This document shows positions 38,776-49,228 of a stretch of 64,000 nt of DNA, one piece after another. Every line of letters begins with the position of its first letter. The first letter of the stretch is position 1. The stretch is from a bacterium (GTDB lineage Bacteria; Patescibacteriota; Minisyncoccia; Moranbacterales; GWC2-37-73), in the NCBI GenBank assembly GCA_037140955.1, contig JBAXDL010000004.1:15268-79267 (forward strand), in the 5' to 3' direction. Under the pieces are notes generated by a model. That model was given only the letters and a program-made list of their open reading frames with translations. It searched no databases and was not told the DNA's origin. The position numbers were made by a program, and so were the translations under genes.

Positions 38776-39984
38776 ATGAAAACAAGGGAACAATTGGTGG
38801 ATGAGATTATCAACAGGGGTGTGATTGTGGAATTTTTGCCAGAAAAAGAAAAGTTCAGACAGCGTTTGCTCAGTAATGATCCAATGAAAATATATATCGG
38901 AGCTGATCCAACTTCAACCTCACTTCATTTGAGTCATGCAAAGAACTATATGTTGCTTGAAGACATTCGCAAGCTTGGTCATGAGGTGTATGTTTTGTTT
39001 GGCAGCTTCACTGCACAAATTGGCGACCCGACTGACAAGTCAGTTGCCAGAAAGCAGTTGACTCAAACTGATGTGATGGAAAATGTGCAAGGATGGGTGC
39101 AGCAAATCAAACCATTGATGGATTTTGATGCCAAAGAAAACCCGCCAAAAATTGTGTACAATCATGAATGGCTTTCAAAAATGACCATGGAAGATGTGGT
39201 CAATTTGGCTTCCAATTTCACTGTGCAACAAATGTTGGAGCGGGACATGTTTGAAAAGCGTATGCAAGAAGAAAAACCAATTTATTTGCATGAATTTTTG
39301 TATCCTCTGATGCAAGGCTATGACAGTGTTGCCTTGAATGTGGAGGCTGAGCTTTGCGGAACTGACCAGATTTTCAATGCCTTGGTTGGCAGGACATTGC
39401 AAGGCAGACTCAACAATGTTGAAAAATTTGTGGTCGCGGTCAACTTGATGGAAAATCCAAACACAGGAGAATTGATGTCAAAAAGTCGTGGAACTGGAAT
39501 ATTTTTGAATTTTAGTGCTCAGGATATGTTTGGTGCAATCATGTCTCAACCTGATGAGATGATAAAGATTTTCTTGGTCAACAACACGAGAATATCCTTG
39601 GATGAAATTGATGAAATTTTGAAAAATGAAAACCCAAGAGATGCAAAAATCAAAACAGCTGTTGAAATTGTGAGCATTTTTCATGGAAAAGAAAAGGCCA
39701 ATGAGGCCAAGGAATATTTCATCAAAACCATTTCCAACAAGGAAATTCCTGATCAAGTTGAAGAATTTGAAGTTTCCGAAAAAGAAATCAAGCTCTTGGA
39801 GCTGTTGGTTGGATCAAAAAATGCTACCAGCATGAGCGATGCTCGTCGCAAGGTTGAGCAGGGAGGTGTGAGTGTTGATGGCGAGAAAATATCCGAAGTT
39901 GCCATGATTGTTGATCAATCTTTCGATGGCAAAGTTTTTAAGATTGGAAAGCTTGGATTTGTTAGGGTGAAATTTGCAAAATAA
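38776..39984 (+). CDS. tyrS: Tyrosine--tRNA ligase
   Basis: GADPT..SLHLSH, YPLMQGYD, GTDQ and MSKS motifs; C-terminal S4 domain. Confidence 0.95.
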   Translation: MKTREQLVDEIINRGVIVEFLPEKEKFRQRLLSNDPMKIYIGADPTSTSLHLSHAKNYMLLEDIRKLGHEVYVLFGSFTAQIGDPTDKSVARKQLTQTDVMENVQGWVQQIKPLMDFDAKENPPKIVYNHEWLSKMTMEDVVNLASNFTVQQMLERDMFEKRMQEEKPIYLHEFLYPLMQGYDSVALNVEAELCGTDQIFNALVGRTLQGRLNNVEKFVVAVNLMENPNTGELMSKSRGTGIFLNFSAQDMFGAIMSQPDEMIKIFLVNNTRISLDEIDEILKNENPRDAKIKTAVEIVSIFHGKEKANEAKEYFIKTISNKEIPDQVEEFEVSEKEIKLLELLVGSKNATSMSDARRKVEQGGVSVDGEKISEVAMIVDQSFDGKVFKIGKLGFVRVKFAK

Positions 39985-40011
39985 TTTTTTGAGTGTGTGA
40001 AACTTTTTTAA

Positions 40012-40506
40012 ATGAGTCTAGGACTGCATTTGACAATACATTTTCTGTTTGCTCTTTTGGCTGGATTTGTTGTTTGGAAAAAATGGCGCCAACCGCTTGT
40101 TGCTTTTTCGGCTGCAATTGCTGGTGGATTTTTGATTGACCTGGATCATTTTTTTGATTATGTCGTGGCCTTTGCCTTTGATTTCAACTTGGAATATTTT
40201 TCCAATGGATATTATAATTTGCGAAATGGCAAAATTTTTTATCTTCTGCATGGTTGGGAATATGTGGCAATTTTTGTCATAATTGGTTTTTTGATCAAAA
40301 AGAGCATGCGCTGGAAATCTTTTTTCTTGGCACTGGCTTTGGGGATGTTTTTTCACTTGAGTGTGGATGTTTTGATCAATGAGGGGATGCGCAAAGAGGG
40401 ATATTTTCTCACTTATCGGGCTTATAACAAGTTTAATATTGAAAAAATAGTGAGCGAGAGTGGCTATCAAAAATATTTGTTCAAAAAGCAGGAGTTGGGT
40501 TTTTGA
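40012..40506 (+). CDS. Membrane metal-dependent hydrolase (YdjM-like)
   Basis: N-terminal His, IDLDH, LHGWE and HLSVD motifs. Confidence 0.6.
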   Translation: MSLGLHLTIHFLFALLAGFVVWKKWRQPLVAFSAAIAGGFLIDLDHFFDYVVAFAFDFNLEYFSNGYYNLRNGKIFYLLHGWEYVAIFVIIGFLIKKSMRWKSFFLALALGMFFHLSVDVLINEGMRKEGYFLTYRAYNKFNIEKIVSESGYQKYLFKKQELGF

Positions 40507-40613
40507 GCAAATTTTCAAAACAGTCAACAAAAAAGGCTGTTTTTTGTTTGCAAAAAGGCAAAAATTTGCTATCATGGTCTTACTGGGCTTATAAAATTTA
40601 GTAACTATTACCT

Positions 40614-41855
40614 ATGAAACAATCACAACTTTTCACCAGAACAAAGAAAGAAGCACCATCAGATGAGGTTGCCAAAAATGCTCAACTTTTGATCAGGGCT
40701 GGCTTTATTCACAAGGAAATGGCTGGAGTATATGCATATATGCCACTTGGTTTGCGCGTGCTGGAAAACATCAAAAAAATTGTCAGAGAGGAAATGAATA
40801 CTGTTGGTGGTCAGGAGCTTATGATGACAACTTTGCAGCCAAAGGAGATCTGGGAGAAAACTGATCGTTGGGATGATGCCAAGGTGGACAATTGGTTCAA
40901 AACAAAATTGGCAAACGGCACGGAGCTTGGAGTTGGTCTTACGCATGAGGAACCAATTGTTGATGCTGTTGGAAATTATCTTAGCTCATACAAGGACATG
41001 CCTTTTGCGGTGTATCAAATTCAAAACAAATTTAGAAATGAAAAAAGAGCCAAAAGTGGGCTGTTGCGTGGTCGTGAATTTGTCATGAAAGACATGTACA
41101 CCTTTTCTCGCGATCAAGAGCAGCACAAGGCTGAATATGAAAAAATTGTAGCTGCATATTTTAGAGTGTATGAAAGACTTGGTTTGGGAGAGGTAACATT
41201 TCGCACCTATGCTGATGGTGGAATTTTCACTCCTCAGTTTAGTGATGAATTTCAAACTTTGACTGAGGTTGGCGAAGACACGATTTATGTTGACGAGAAA
41301 AAGAAAATTGCCATCAATGAAGAGATTTTCAATGATGAAAATCTTGCCAAGCTTGGATTGAAAAAAGAAGAATTGGTGCAGAAAAAAGGTGTTGAAGTTG
41401 GAAACACTTTTCATTTGGAATCAAAATATACTGATGCTTTGGACTTGTATTACAACGACGAAAAAGGTGAAAAACAATCAATCATCATGGGATGCTATGG
41501 TATTGGGGTTAGTCGCTTGATAGGCGTGATTGCTGAACTTTTTGCTGATGACAAAGGTTTGATCTGGCCAGAAAACATTGCGCCATTTTCCGCGCATCTT
41601 TTGAATCTTGGTCAGGACCAGGAGGCTGAAAAAATTTATACTGAGCTTTGTGCAAATGGAATTGAAGTTTTGTTTGATGATAGGGATTCGCAAGCTGGAG
41701 AAAAGTTTGCCGACTCTGACTTGATTGGAATTCCAACTCGTGTGGTGGTGAGCAAGAAATCTTTGGCAGCTGGCGGGATTGAAGTGAAAAAGAGAAATGA
41801 AAGTGAAAGCAAAATAATGACTGTCAACGAATTGTTGCAAATCTTGAAAAAATAA
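40614..41855 (+). CDS. proS: Proline--tRNA ligase (short form, no editing insertion)
   Basis: LLIRAG, THEE, KFRNEKRAKSGLLRGREF and MGCYGIG motifs. Confidence 0.95.
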   Translation: MKQSQLFTRTKKEAPSDEVAKNAQLLIRAGFIHKEMAGVYAYMPLGLRVLENIKKIVREEMNTVGGQELMMTTLQPKEIWEKTDRWDDAKVDNWFKTKLANGTELGVGLTHEEPIVDAVGNYLSSYKDMPFAVYQIQNKFRNEKRAKSGLLRGREFVMKDMYTFSRDQEQHKAEYEKIVAAYFRVYERLGLGEVTFRTYADGGIFTPQFSDEFQTLTEVGEDTIYVDEKKKIAINEEIFNDENLAKLGLKKEELVQKKGVEVGNTFHLESKYTDALDLYYNDEKGEKQSIIMGCYGIGVSRLIGVIAELFADDKGLIWPENIAPFSAHLLNLGQDQEAEKIYTELCANGIEVLFDDRDSQAGEKFADSDLIGIPTRVVVSKKSLAAGGIEVKKRNESESKIMTVNELLQILKK

Positions 41856-41884
41856 ATTATAAGCTTTCGAGTTGTTCCTTGCTC

Positions 41885-41981
41885 GACTATTTTCACTTTT
41901 GGCACGCTTTTGGAAAAATGCTCAATATCTAAAAGCTCAAGAGTTGCTTTCGCCGACTGTTAGTCAAAAGTAAAAATAGTC
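41885..41981 (+). ncRNA. Dispersed structured element, copy A (three-way junction)
   Basis: 19-bp outer stem and two inner hairpins; homologous to 52698-52809. Confidence 0.55.
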
Positions 41982-42008
41982 TCACGGTTAGTTTTGTTGG
42001 AAAATTTT

Positions 42009-42992
42009 ATGAAAAAGAAAATAATTGTTGAGGTGAAAAATTTGTGCAAGACATATGAATATGTCGAAAAAAAGCCAGGGATGAAATATTCTTTGAAGAA
42101 TCTTTTTGCGAGCGAAAAAAAACAAAAAGAGGCCGTGAAAAACATTAGTTTGAAAATTGAGGAGGGTGAGCTCATTGGTTTTCTTGGTCCAAATGGTGCA
42201 GGCAAAACAACAACATTGAAAATGCTTTCAGGAGTTCTTACTCCAACAAGTGGAACAGTGAAAGTTTTGGGATATGAGCCAATCAAAAGACAAAATGAAT
42301 ACAAGATGCAATTTGCTTTTGTTATGGGTCAAAAATCTCAGCTTTGGTGGGATTTGCCACCAATGGAAAGTTTCTTGCTCAACAAAAAAATATATGAAGT
42401 TAGCGATCAAGATTTCAAGAAAAACTTGGATGAGATGATTGAGGTTTTGGATGTTGGGGAAATTGTCAACAAACAAGTTCGCCAACTTTCCTTGGGTGAG
42501 CGCATGAAATGCGAGCTTATTGCTGCGCTTTTGCACAATCCAAAGGTTTTGTTTTTGGACGAACCAACCATTGGTTTGGACGTGGTGGCGCAGAAAAAAA
42601 TTCGTGATTTCATTAAGAAATATAATAAGGAAAGAAAAACGACGATCATTTTGACTTCGCATTACATGGAAGATATTTCGCAATTGTGTAAGCGCATTGT
42701 GATTATTGATCTTGGAAAAATTGTTTTTGATGGGCAACTTGAAGATTTGGTTTCAAAATATGCAACAAACAAAAAAGTTACCATCTTTTTTGATCAGAAA
42801 ATTACTCGTCAAGATGCTGAAAAGCTTGGCAAAATTTGCCAATTTGAGTCCAACAAAGTTTCTTTTGATGTTCCAAGGTTAAATGTGAAAGATGCAGTTG
42901 CTGAAATCCTTTCTTCTGATTTTTCAATTAGCGATATTGAGATTGATGAGGAGGATGTTGAAAGTATTATTCGTAATGTTTTTACGAAATAA
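42009..42992 (+). CDS. ABC-2 exporter ATP-binding protein
   Basis: GPNGAGKTT, LSLGE, DEPT and TSH motifs. Confidence 0.9.
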   Translation: MKKKIIVEVKNLCKTYEYVEKKPGMKYSLKNLFASEKKQKEAVKNISLKIEEGELIGFLGPNGAGKTTTLKMLSGVLTPTSGTVKVLGYEPIKRQNEYKMQFAFVMGQKSQLWWDLPPMESFLLNKKIYEVSDQDFKKNLDEMIEVLDVGEIVNKQVRQLSLGERMKCELIAALLHNPKVLFLDEPTIGLDVVAQKKIRDFIKKYNKERKTTIILTSHYMEDISQLCKRIVIIDLGKIVFDGQLEDLVSKYATNKKVTIFFDQKITRQDAEKLGKICQFESNKVSFDVPRLNVKDAVAEILSSDFSISDIEIDEEDVESIIRNVFTK

Positions 42993-43004
42993 AAAAGCAA
43001 TAAT

Positions 43005-43796
43005 ATGAGTAAATATTTGGCTGTTGTTTCAAATAGTGTCAAAAAAAGTCTTGTTTATAGGGCTAACACCTTCATCATGGTTGTTTCAACCTTCTTTTCT
43101 TTTGTGGTTCTTTTTTATTTCTGGAGTTCGATCTATGGACAGGGAAACAAAATCGGCACATACACCTTGGCTGAAATTATTTCATATTATATTTTCCTGA
43201 CAATTTTTGAGTTGCTTGTGATGGGTGATGGCACAGCCTGGAGCATTGGCGATGAGATAAAGAGTGGTCAAATCACCAGCAGTATTTTGCGACCAATAAA
43301 ATATTTGGAATATAAGTTTTCGCAATCAATTGGCAGTTTGCTTTTTCGCTTGATGATTTTTTCTCTTCCAATTATTGGCGCTTTGTTATTGCTCAGGGAT
43401 TATTTGGTTGCGCCAGGCAGTTTGATGGTGTATGCCTTTTTTGCGCTCGGAGCAATCATGAGCTATGCGCTATATTTCTTGGTGTTTTATATTGTTGGTT
43501 TGATTTCTTTTTGGACCGGAGATTCATATGGATTTTTCTTTGCAGCCTTTGTGGTGATCAATTTCATGCAGGGTGGGTTGTTTCCATTGGATCTTTTGCC
43601 AAAATGGTTTTTGATGGTTGGGAATTTTTTGCCGTTTAAGTATCTGTTTTTTGTGCCGGTGGGCATTGTGACTGGACGATTGGTTTTTGATTATACCTTT
43701 GTTTTAATTCCGGTTTTATGGTGTGTGGCACTGTATTTTATTGCAAACTTGTTGTATAAAAAAGGTCTAAAGAAATATGAAGGATATGGTATATAA
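43005..43796 (+). CDS. ABC-2 family permease
   Basis: YRAN, I-x-SG...LRP and FPL motifs; about 6 TMs. Confidence 0.85.
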   Translation: MSKYLAVVSNSVKKSLVYRANTFIMVVSTFFSFVVLFYFWSSIYGQGNKIGTYTLAEIISYYIFLTIFELLVMGDGTAWSIGDEIKSGQITSSILRPIKYLEYKFSQSIGSLLFRLMIFSLPIIGALLLLRDYLVAPGSLMVYAFFALGAIMSYALYFLVFYIVGLISFWTGDSYGFFFAAFVVINFMQGGLFPLDLLPKWFLMVGNFLPFKYLFFVPVGIVTGRLVFDYTFVLIPVLWCVALYFIANLLYKKGLKKYEGYGI

Positions 43797-44586
43797 ATTT
43801 AAAAAATATTTGGCAATTTTTTTGCAGTTGCAAAAAATAAACGTCATGCGAAGGACTGCATATCCCGTGGCTTTTTTGGTTGGCTTTGGAACTGTTTTTT
43901 TGACCATGTTTTTGAACATCTTATTTATTAAAGTGAACTTTAGTTATATCACTTCGGTGGCTGGCTGGAGTTTTTATCAAGTCTTGGCTGTGCTTGGGTC
44001 GTATATGATTGTAGAGGGTTTGATGTGGATATTTTTTAGTCAGCTCAATCCAATCAATAGGCATATTATTGAGGGGACGCTTGATGGAATTTTGCTTAAA
44101 CCCGTGGACAATCAATTTTTGGTTTCATTTTGGCGCGGTGACTATGAAGATTTTGCACGCATCATCACTGGCGGGGCGTTGTTGTTGACTGCAATGAAAA
44201 ACACAATTGGTTTTGATTTGCTGCATTTTTGTTTGTTTTTACTTCTTCTTTTCTTTGGAGTTTTGATTTTTTATAGCTTCAATTTGGCGATAAGGTCAAT
44301 AAGTTTTTGGATCACAGAGGGAAGCGGGTTGTGGATTTTTATGGAGCGAGTAGTGAACAGTTCACAGTTTCCTGTTGATATTTATTATAGTAAAATTGTG
44401 CGTGGAATTTTCACTTTTGTTGTTCCGTTGGCTTTCGTGGCGACTGTGCCTGCAAAAATTTTGACGAACATTGCCATTGATTGGAAATTTGCAGTGTTGT
44501 CATTTGCAATGACCTTGTTTTTCTTTTTTGGTTCGCGTTGGTTTTGGAAATTTTCTCTGGGACATTATTCCAGCGCTAGCAGCTAA
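43777..44586 (+). CDS. ABC-2 family permease
   Basis: AGWS, GTLDGILLKP, FPVDIY and YSSASS motifs. Confidence 0.85.
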   Translation: MKDMVYKFKKYLAIFLQLQKINVMRRTAYPVAFLVGFGTVFLTMFLNILFIKVNFSYITSVAGWSFYQVLAVLGSYMIVEGLMWIFFSQLNPINRHIIEGTLDGILLKPVDNQFLVSFWRGDYEDFARIITGGALLLTAMKNTIGFDLLHFCLFLLLLFFGVLIFYSFNLAIRSISFWITEGSGLWIFMERVVNSSQFPVDIYYSKIVRGIFTFVVPLAFVATVPAKILTNIAIDWKFAVLSFAMTLFFFFGSRWFWKFSLGHYSSASS

Positions 44587-44677
44587 AAATTGATTGCATC
44601 TTCTTATTTTGCTAGCTATAATAAAACGACATCGTATTTTTTTGTATATTGGTAATTTATTTGTAATTTGTAGAATA

Positions 44678-45550
44678 ATGGAAATAACATTAAGTGTATA
44701 TGCCGGGTTTTGTGAAGGAGTGCAAAGAGCGTATGATATTGTTGAAAAAATAACAAAAGACCCAAAAATTAAAAGGCCTATTTTTGTGCTTGGTTCCTTG
44801 GTGCACAATGATGATGTGGTGGAAAAAATTGAAAAAATGGGAGTGAAAAAGGTGCATGTTGATGGTCCACTGAAAGATTTTTTTGAAAAAATCAAAGACG
44901 AGGTTGGCACATTGGTGATCACTGCACATGGAATTGGGCCTCAGATTTATGACTTGGCCAGGGAATATAAGATTGATTTGGTGGACACGACTTGTCCGCG
45001 AGTAATCAAGGTTCAAAGATTGGCCAAAGCTTTCTTCGACAGAGACACGCAAATTGTCATTATTGGTGAGAAAAATCACAAAGAAGTGAAAGGGATTTAT
45101 GAATGGGCCAACAAAAAGGCCATTTTTATTGAAACTGATGAGGATCTGTGTGGTTTTGATGTGGATGCTAGCAAGAAAATAGCTATTATTTCACAAACAA
45201 CACAGGATCAAGAATTTGTGGACAGAGCGGCAATGGAAATTTCCAAAAAATATCCCCATGCTGAAGTGATTGATTCGATTTGCCTTACTACTCATCATCG
45301 GCAAACTGAAATAAAGGAATTAGCCAGTAAAAATGAGGTCGTTGTGGTGATTGGAAGTCAAGAAAGTGCCAATTCTAAGCGTCTTTGGGAGATTGCGCAA
45401 AGAGCAAATCCTTTGTCATATTTTGTTCAGCGCGCTGATGAACTTGAAAAAAGTTGGTTTTTGGGTTGCAAAAAAGTTGCAGTAACAGCCGGAGCCTCGA
45501 CCTCATCCTGGATAATTGAGGAAGTTTTGAACAGCATCAAGAGTTTTTAG
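44678..45550 (+). CDS. ispH: 4-hydroxy-3-methylbut-2-enyl diphosphate reductase (LytB)
   Basis: GFCEGV, VHN, AHG, TCP, HKEV, SQTT, IC and TAGAST motifs; ATG at 44678. Confidence 0.88.
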   Translation: MEITLSVYAGFCEGVQRAYDIVEKITKDPKIKRPIFVLGSLVHNDDVVEKIEKMGVKKVHVDGPLKDFFEKIKDEVGTLVITAHGIGPQIYDLAREYKIDLVDTTCPRVIKVQRLAKAFFDRDTQIVIIGEKNHKEVKGIYEWANKKAIFIETDEDLCGFDVDASKKIAIISQTTQDQEFVDRAAMEISKKYPHAEVIDSICLTTHHRQTEIKELASKNEVVVVIGSQESANSKRLWEIAQRANPLSYFVQRADELEKSWFLGCKKVAVTAGASTSSWIIEEVLNSIKSF

Positions 45551-45662
45551 TATTTGGATTTTAAATTTGACACAAACTCGTCTTTTGGCACCCGAGTGTT
45601 GCTTTTTTGGCGCATATTAGCTATACTTTAGATATTAAAAATGTATTAAAAATACTACTTAT

Positions 45663-46466
45663 ATGGCAAAAATAATGCTCGTGGAGGATGATCCAATGAT
45701 TGCAGAAATATATCAAAAAAAGTTTGAATCAATTGGATTTGAGGTTGTTAATGCTGTGACCGGAAAAGAGGTTTTGAAATATGCTTTGGAGCAAAAGTTT
45801 GATTTGATCTTGTTGGACATGGTTTTGCCTGAAATGAGTGGCATTGATGTGCTCAAAGAACTGCGCAGCAATCCTGCCTATGACAGTGACATGAAAATTA
45901 TCGTTCTTAGTAATCTCAACAAAACTGAATATGAAAAAGAAGCAAAGATAAATGGCGCCAATGGTTTTATTGGAAAAACACAATACAATCCAAGCGAGCT
46001 TGCTGCAGAGATCCAGAGAACACTGAATGAATATGGTGAACAAAAGAAAAACAAAAATCGCTTAAATGGTGAAGTTGCACCAGCACCACTCTCAGGAGCA
46101 GGCAAGAGAATTCTTTTCATTGAGGATGAGGAAATTTTTCTGGAAATGTTTGGCAAAAAATTAGAAGCGGAAGGGTATGCAGTGGAATATGCCAAAAATG
46201 GTGTTTGGGGCAGCAAATTGGCCACTGAAAATGAATATGATTTGATCATTACTGACATGGTGATGCCGGCCATGGGAGGAGAAGAAATTATTAGGCGCTT
46301 GAAACTTGACGACAAAACAAAAAATATTCCAATCATTGTTCTTTCTGCATCACTGATTGAGGAGGATATTCAGCCGGTGCGAGAATTGGGAATCACTGAT
46401 TTTTATGAGAAAACACGTTTGGTTCCTAGCGATCTTGCCCGGCGAGTTACTGAATTGTTGAATTAA
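45663..46466 (+). CDS. Tandem REC-REC response regulator
   Basis: Two receiver domains (VEDD/LLDM and IEDE/ITDM). Confidence 0.88.
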   Translation: MAKIMLVEDDPMIAEIYQKKFESIGFEVVNAVTGKEVLKYALEQKFDLILLDMVLPEMSGIDVLKELRSNPAYDSDMKIIVLSNLNKTEYEKEAKINGANGFIGKTQYNPSELAAEIQRTLNEYGEQKKNKNRLNGEVAPAPLSGAGKRILFIEDEEIFLEMFGKKLEAEGYAVEYAKNGVWGSKLATENEYDLIITDMVMPAMGGEEIIRRLKLDDKTKNIPIIVLSASLIEEDIQPVRELGITDFYEKTRLVPSDLARRVTELLN

Positions 46467-46483
46467 CTTTAATTTTAAAATAT

Positions 46484-47899
46484 ATGCAGCGAACAAATAT
46501 TATTGATACCCCGAAGTTTATTGGTCAGAGCGTGAAATTGTCAGGCTGGGTGCATATTCGTCGTGATCATGGAAAATTGATCTTTGTTGATTTGCGTGAC
46601 CGAAGTGGAATCATTCAAACTGTTATCATCCCTGATCATGTTGAAGCTCATGACAACGCCAAGCGATTGCGCAGTGAGTTTGTGATTGAAATGGAAGGGA
46701 TTGTGAAGGAGCGGCCAATGAGCGCGAAAAATGAAAAGTCACCAACTGGTGGTGTAGAATTGGAAGTGGCTTCAATAAAAATCATCAATGAGGCAAAAAC
46801 AACTCCTTTTGAATTGACCAAGTCAACAATAGATGTTGATGAGAAGTTGAGATTAAAATACAGATACTTAGACCTTCGCAGTGAACGCATGAAGGAAAAT
46901 ATTTTGACCAGATATCGCGTGATTAAATTTTTCAGAGATTTCCTTGATAAAAAGGGATTTATTGAAGTTGAAACACCAATACTTGGAAAAACAACAGCGG
47001 AAGGATCAAGAGATTATGTTGTTCCTTCAAGAATATACAAGGGAAAATTTTATGCCTTGCCACAATCTCCTCAACAATACAAGCAATTGTTGATGGTGGC
47101 TGGAATTGAAAAATATTTTCAAATTGCAAGATGTTTTCGCGATGAGGACACTCGTGGTGATAGGCAACCTGAATTCACTCAATTGGACATGGAGATGAGT
47201 TTTGTTGAACAAGAAGATGTGATGAATTTGGTTGAGGAAATGTTGATTGATCTTGTTCAAACTCAATTTCCAGAAAAGAAAATTCAAGCAATTCCATTTC
47301 CGAGACTTTCATATGCTGAATCGATGGAGAAATATGGAAATGACAAACCAGATATACGCGAAGACAAAAATGATCCAAATTTGTTGGCTTTCTGCTGGGT
47401 GGTTGATTTTCCATTTTTTGAGAAAGATGAGGAATCTTCAACTGGTTGGACATTCACACACAACCCATTTTCACGTCCAAAACCAGAATTCATGGATCAA
47501 TTGATGAACAAGGAAAATATTGGAGAAATTTTGACAACTCAATATGACATTGTTTTAAATGGTTTTGAAGCTGGCGGTGGAAGCATTAGGAATCATGAAC
47601 CAAAAGCTTTGCGAAAAGTTTTGGAAATCATGGGAATCAATGAGGAAAAAGTTCAAAGAGACTATGGTCATATGCTAGAAGCATTTAAATATGGTGCTCC
47701 ACCACACGGTGGGATTGCTCCTGGTGTTGATCGTTTGGTGATGATTCTTCAAAACGAACCAAACATTAGGGAAGTTATTGCTTTTGCAAAAACAGGAGAG
47801 GCTGAAGATCCAATGATGGAAGCCCCAAGCGTGCTTGATGAAAAGCAACTCAAAGAAGCTGGAATCAAAATTGTTGTAAAAAAGAAAAAAGTTTTATAG
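46484..47899 (+). CDS. aspS: Aspartate--tRNA ligase (short form)
   Basis: FVDLRDR, YRYLDLR, LPQSPQ, FRDED, EFTQLD and PPHGG motifs. Confidence 0.95.
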   Translation: MQRTNIIDTPKFIGQSVKLSGWVHIRRDHGKLIFVDLRDRSGIIQTVIIPDHVEAHDNAKRLRSEFVIEMEGIVKERPMSAKNEKSPTGGVELEVASIKIINEAKTTPFELTKSTIDVDEKLRLKYRYLDLRSERMKENILTRYRVIKFFRDFLDKKGFIEVETPILGKTTAEGSRDYVVPSRIYKGKFYALPQSPQQYKQLLMVAGIEKYFQIARCFRDEDTRGDRQPEFTQLDMEMSFVEQEDVMNLVEEMLIDLVQTQFPEKKIQAIPFPRLSYAESMEKYGNDKPDIREDKNDPNLLAFCWVVDFPFFEKDEESSTGWTFTHNPFSRPKPEFMDQLMNKENIGEILTTQYDIVLNGFEAGGGSIRNHEPKALRKVLEIMGINEEKVQRDYGHMLEAFKYGAPPHGGIAPGVDRLVMILQNEPNIREVIAFAKTGEAEDPMMEAPSVLDEKQLKEAGIKIVVKKKKVL

Positions 47900-47992
47900 T
47901 TAGTTTTTGTTTCTTGTATAAAAGTGGCCAAGCCTTATCTTGTGGACTTGGCCTCTGAAAAATAAACACTTTCATTAGTCAAAAATAAAAAA

Positions 47993-49213
47993 ATGGCAAA
48001 CAAAAAACACAAAGATAATCTTAATGAGGGAAAGTTGAGATTGATAACTTTCATTTCTTTCTTGCTTGGATTTTCACAGTCCTTGCTGGTTTATATTGAA
48101 TCATCTTATTTCAAGCTTTCACTTGGCAGTGAGAATGTTAGTATTTTTTATTTCTTGGCCTATGTTGTTGCACTGATTGGTCTCTTGAACATGCACAAGA
48201 TCATTAGAAGATTAGGAAAATCAACTTCTTTTTTCTTGTTTTTCTTCTTGCAAATCTGTGCCATGGCTGTTTTGACAGTTGTTGTTCCTTCTATTTTGGG
48301 AATAATTCTGCTGATGATTAATATCATAACGGCATATTTGATGTATGTTATTTTAGACATCATCATGGAATCATATTCGGAAGACAAAAAATCTGGCAGA
48401 ATACGTGGTATGCATCTAATGATTATAAGTGCTGGCTTTATGCTTGGTCCAATTCTTTCAACTAGGATTTTGGAGCGGTATAGTTATCATGGTCTTTTTC
48501 TGTTATCAATGGCTATTAGTATGATTATTTTTGTTATTGGACTGATTGGTCTTCGTGGTGGAAACAGTAGGTTTAATGGTAATATTACCACAAGAGATTT
48601 GGTAAAAAAGATTTTTGTGAACAAGAATTTGATGAGGATTTATTGGATTTCTTTTGTGTTGGAATTTTTTTATGCGCTCATGACTGTATATACGCCGTTA
48701 TATTTGTTGGATCTGGGAATGAGCTGGACGCAAATTGGAATTGTGTTCACTATCATGCTTGTTCCATTTGTGGTGGTGGATTATCCAGTTGGTTTGATTG
48801 CTGACAAGAAATTAGGAGAAAAAGAGATGCTTATCTTTGCTTTATTTATGATGGCATTTTCAACTTTTAGCATCTTTTTTATTAAGGTTCCATCTGTTTT
48901 TATTTGGAGTTTTGTGCTTTTGCTAACCAGGGTTGGAGCAGCTATGGCTGAAACATTGCGTGATTCATATTTTTACAAGAGAATTGATGGGGAGGACATG
49001 GATTTGATAAGCTTTTTTAGAACATCTAAGAGTGTGGGTTATATAGCAGCCACGGCTATTTCAGCCATGATTTTGGTGGTATTTTCAATTAAATTTCTGT
49101 TTGTGTTTTTGGCAGTGATAATTTTGTTAGCCTTGTATCCTGCTTTTAATCTGGTTGATAATAAATGCGAGGCAGAGATTGAAGGAGAAAAAAGATGCAA
49201 AAGAAAAGCCTAA
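47993..49213 (+). CDS. MFS transporter
   Basis: About 12 TMs, G-x-x-ADK-x-x-GEK loop motif. Confidence 0.85.
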   Translation: MANKKHKDNLNEGKLRLITFISFLLGFSQSLLVYIESSYFKLSLGSENVSIFYFLAYVVALIGLLNMHKIIRRLGKSTSFFLFFFLQICAMAVLTVVVPSILGIILLMINIITAYLMYVILDIIMESYSEDKKSGRIRGMHLMIISAGFMLGPILSTRILERYSYHGLFLLSMAISMIIFVIGLIGLRGGNSRFNGNITTRDLVKKIFVNKNLMRIYWISFVLEFFYALMTVYTPLYLLDLGMSWTQIGIVFTIMLVPFVVVDYPVGLIADKKLGEKEMLIFALFMMAFSTFSIFFIKVPSVFIWSFVLLLTRVGAAMAETLRDSYFYKRIDGEDMDLISFFRTSKSVGYIAATAISAMILVVFSIKFLFVFLAVIILLALYPAFNLVDNKCEAEIEGEKRCKRKA

Positions 49214-49228
49214 AAAGAAAATATTTTT

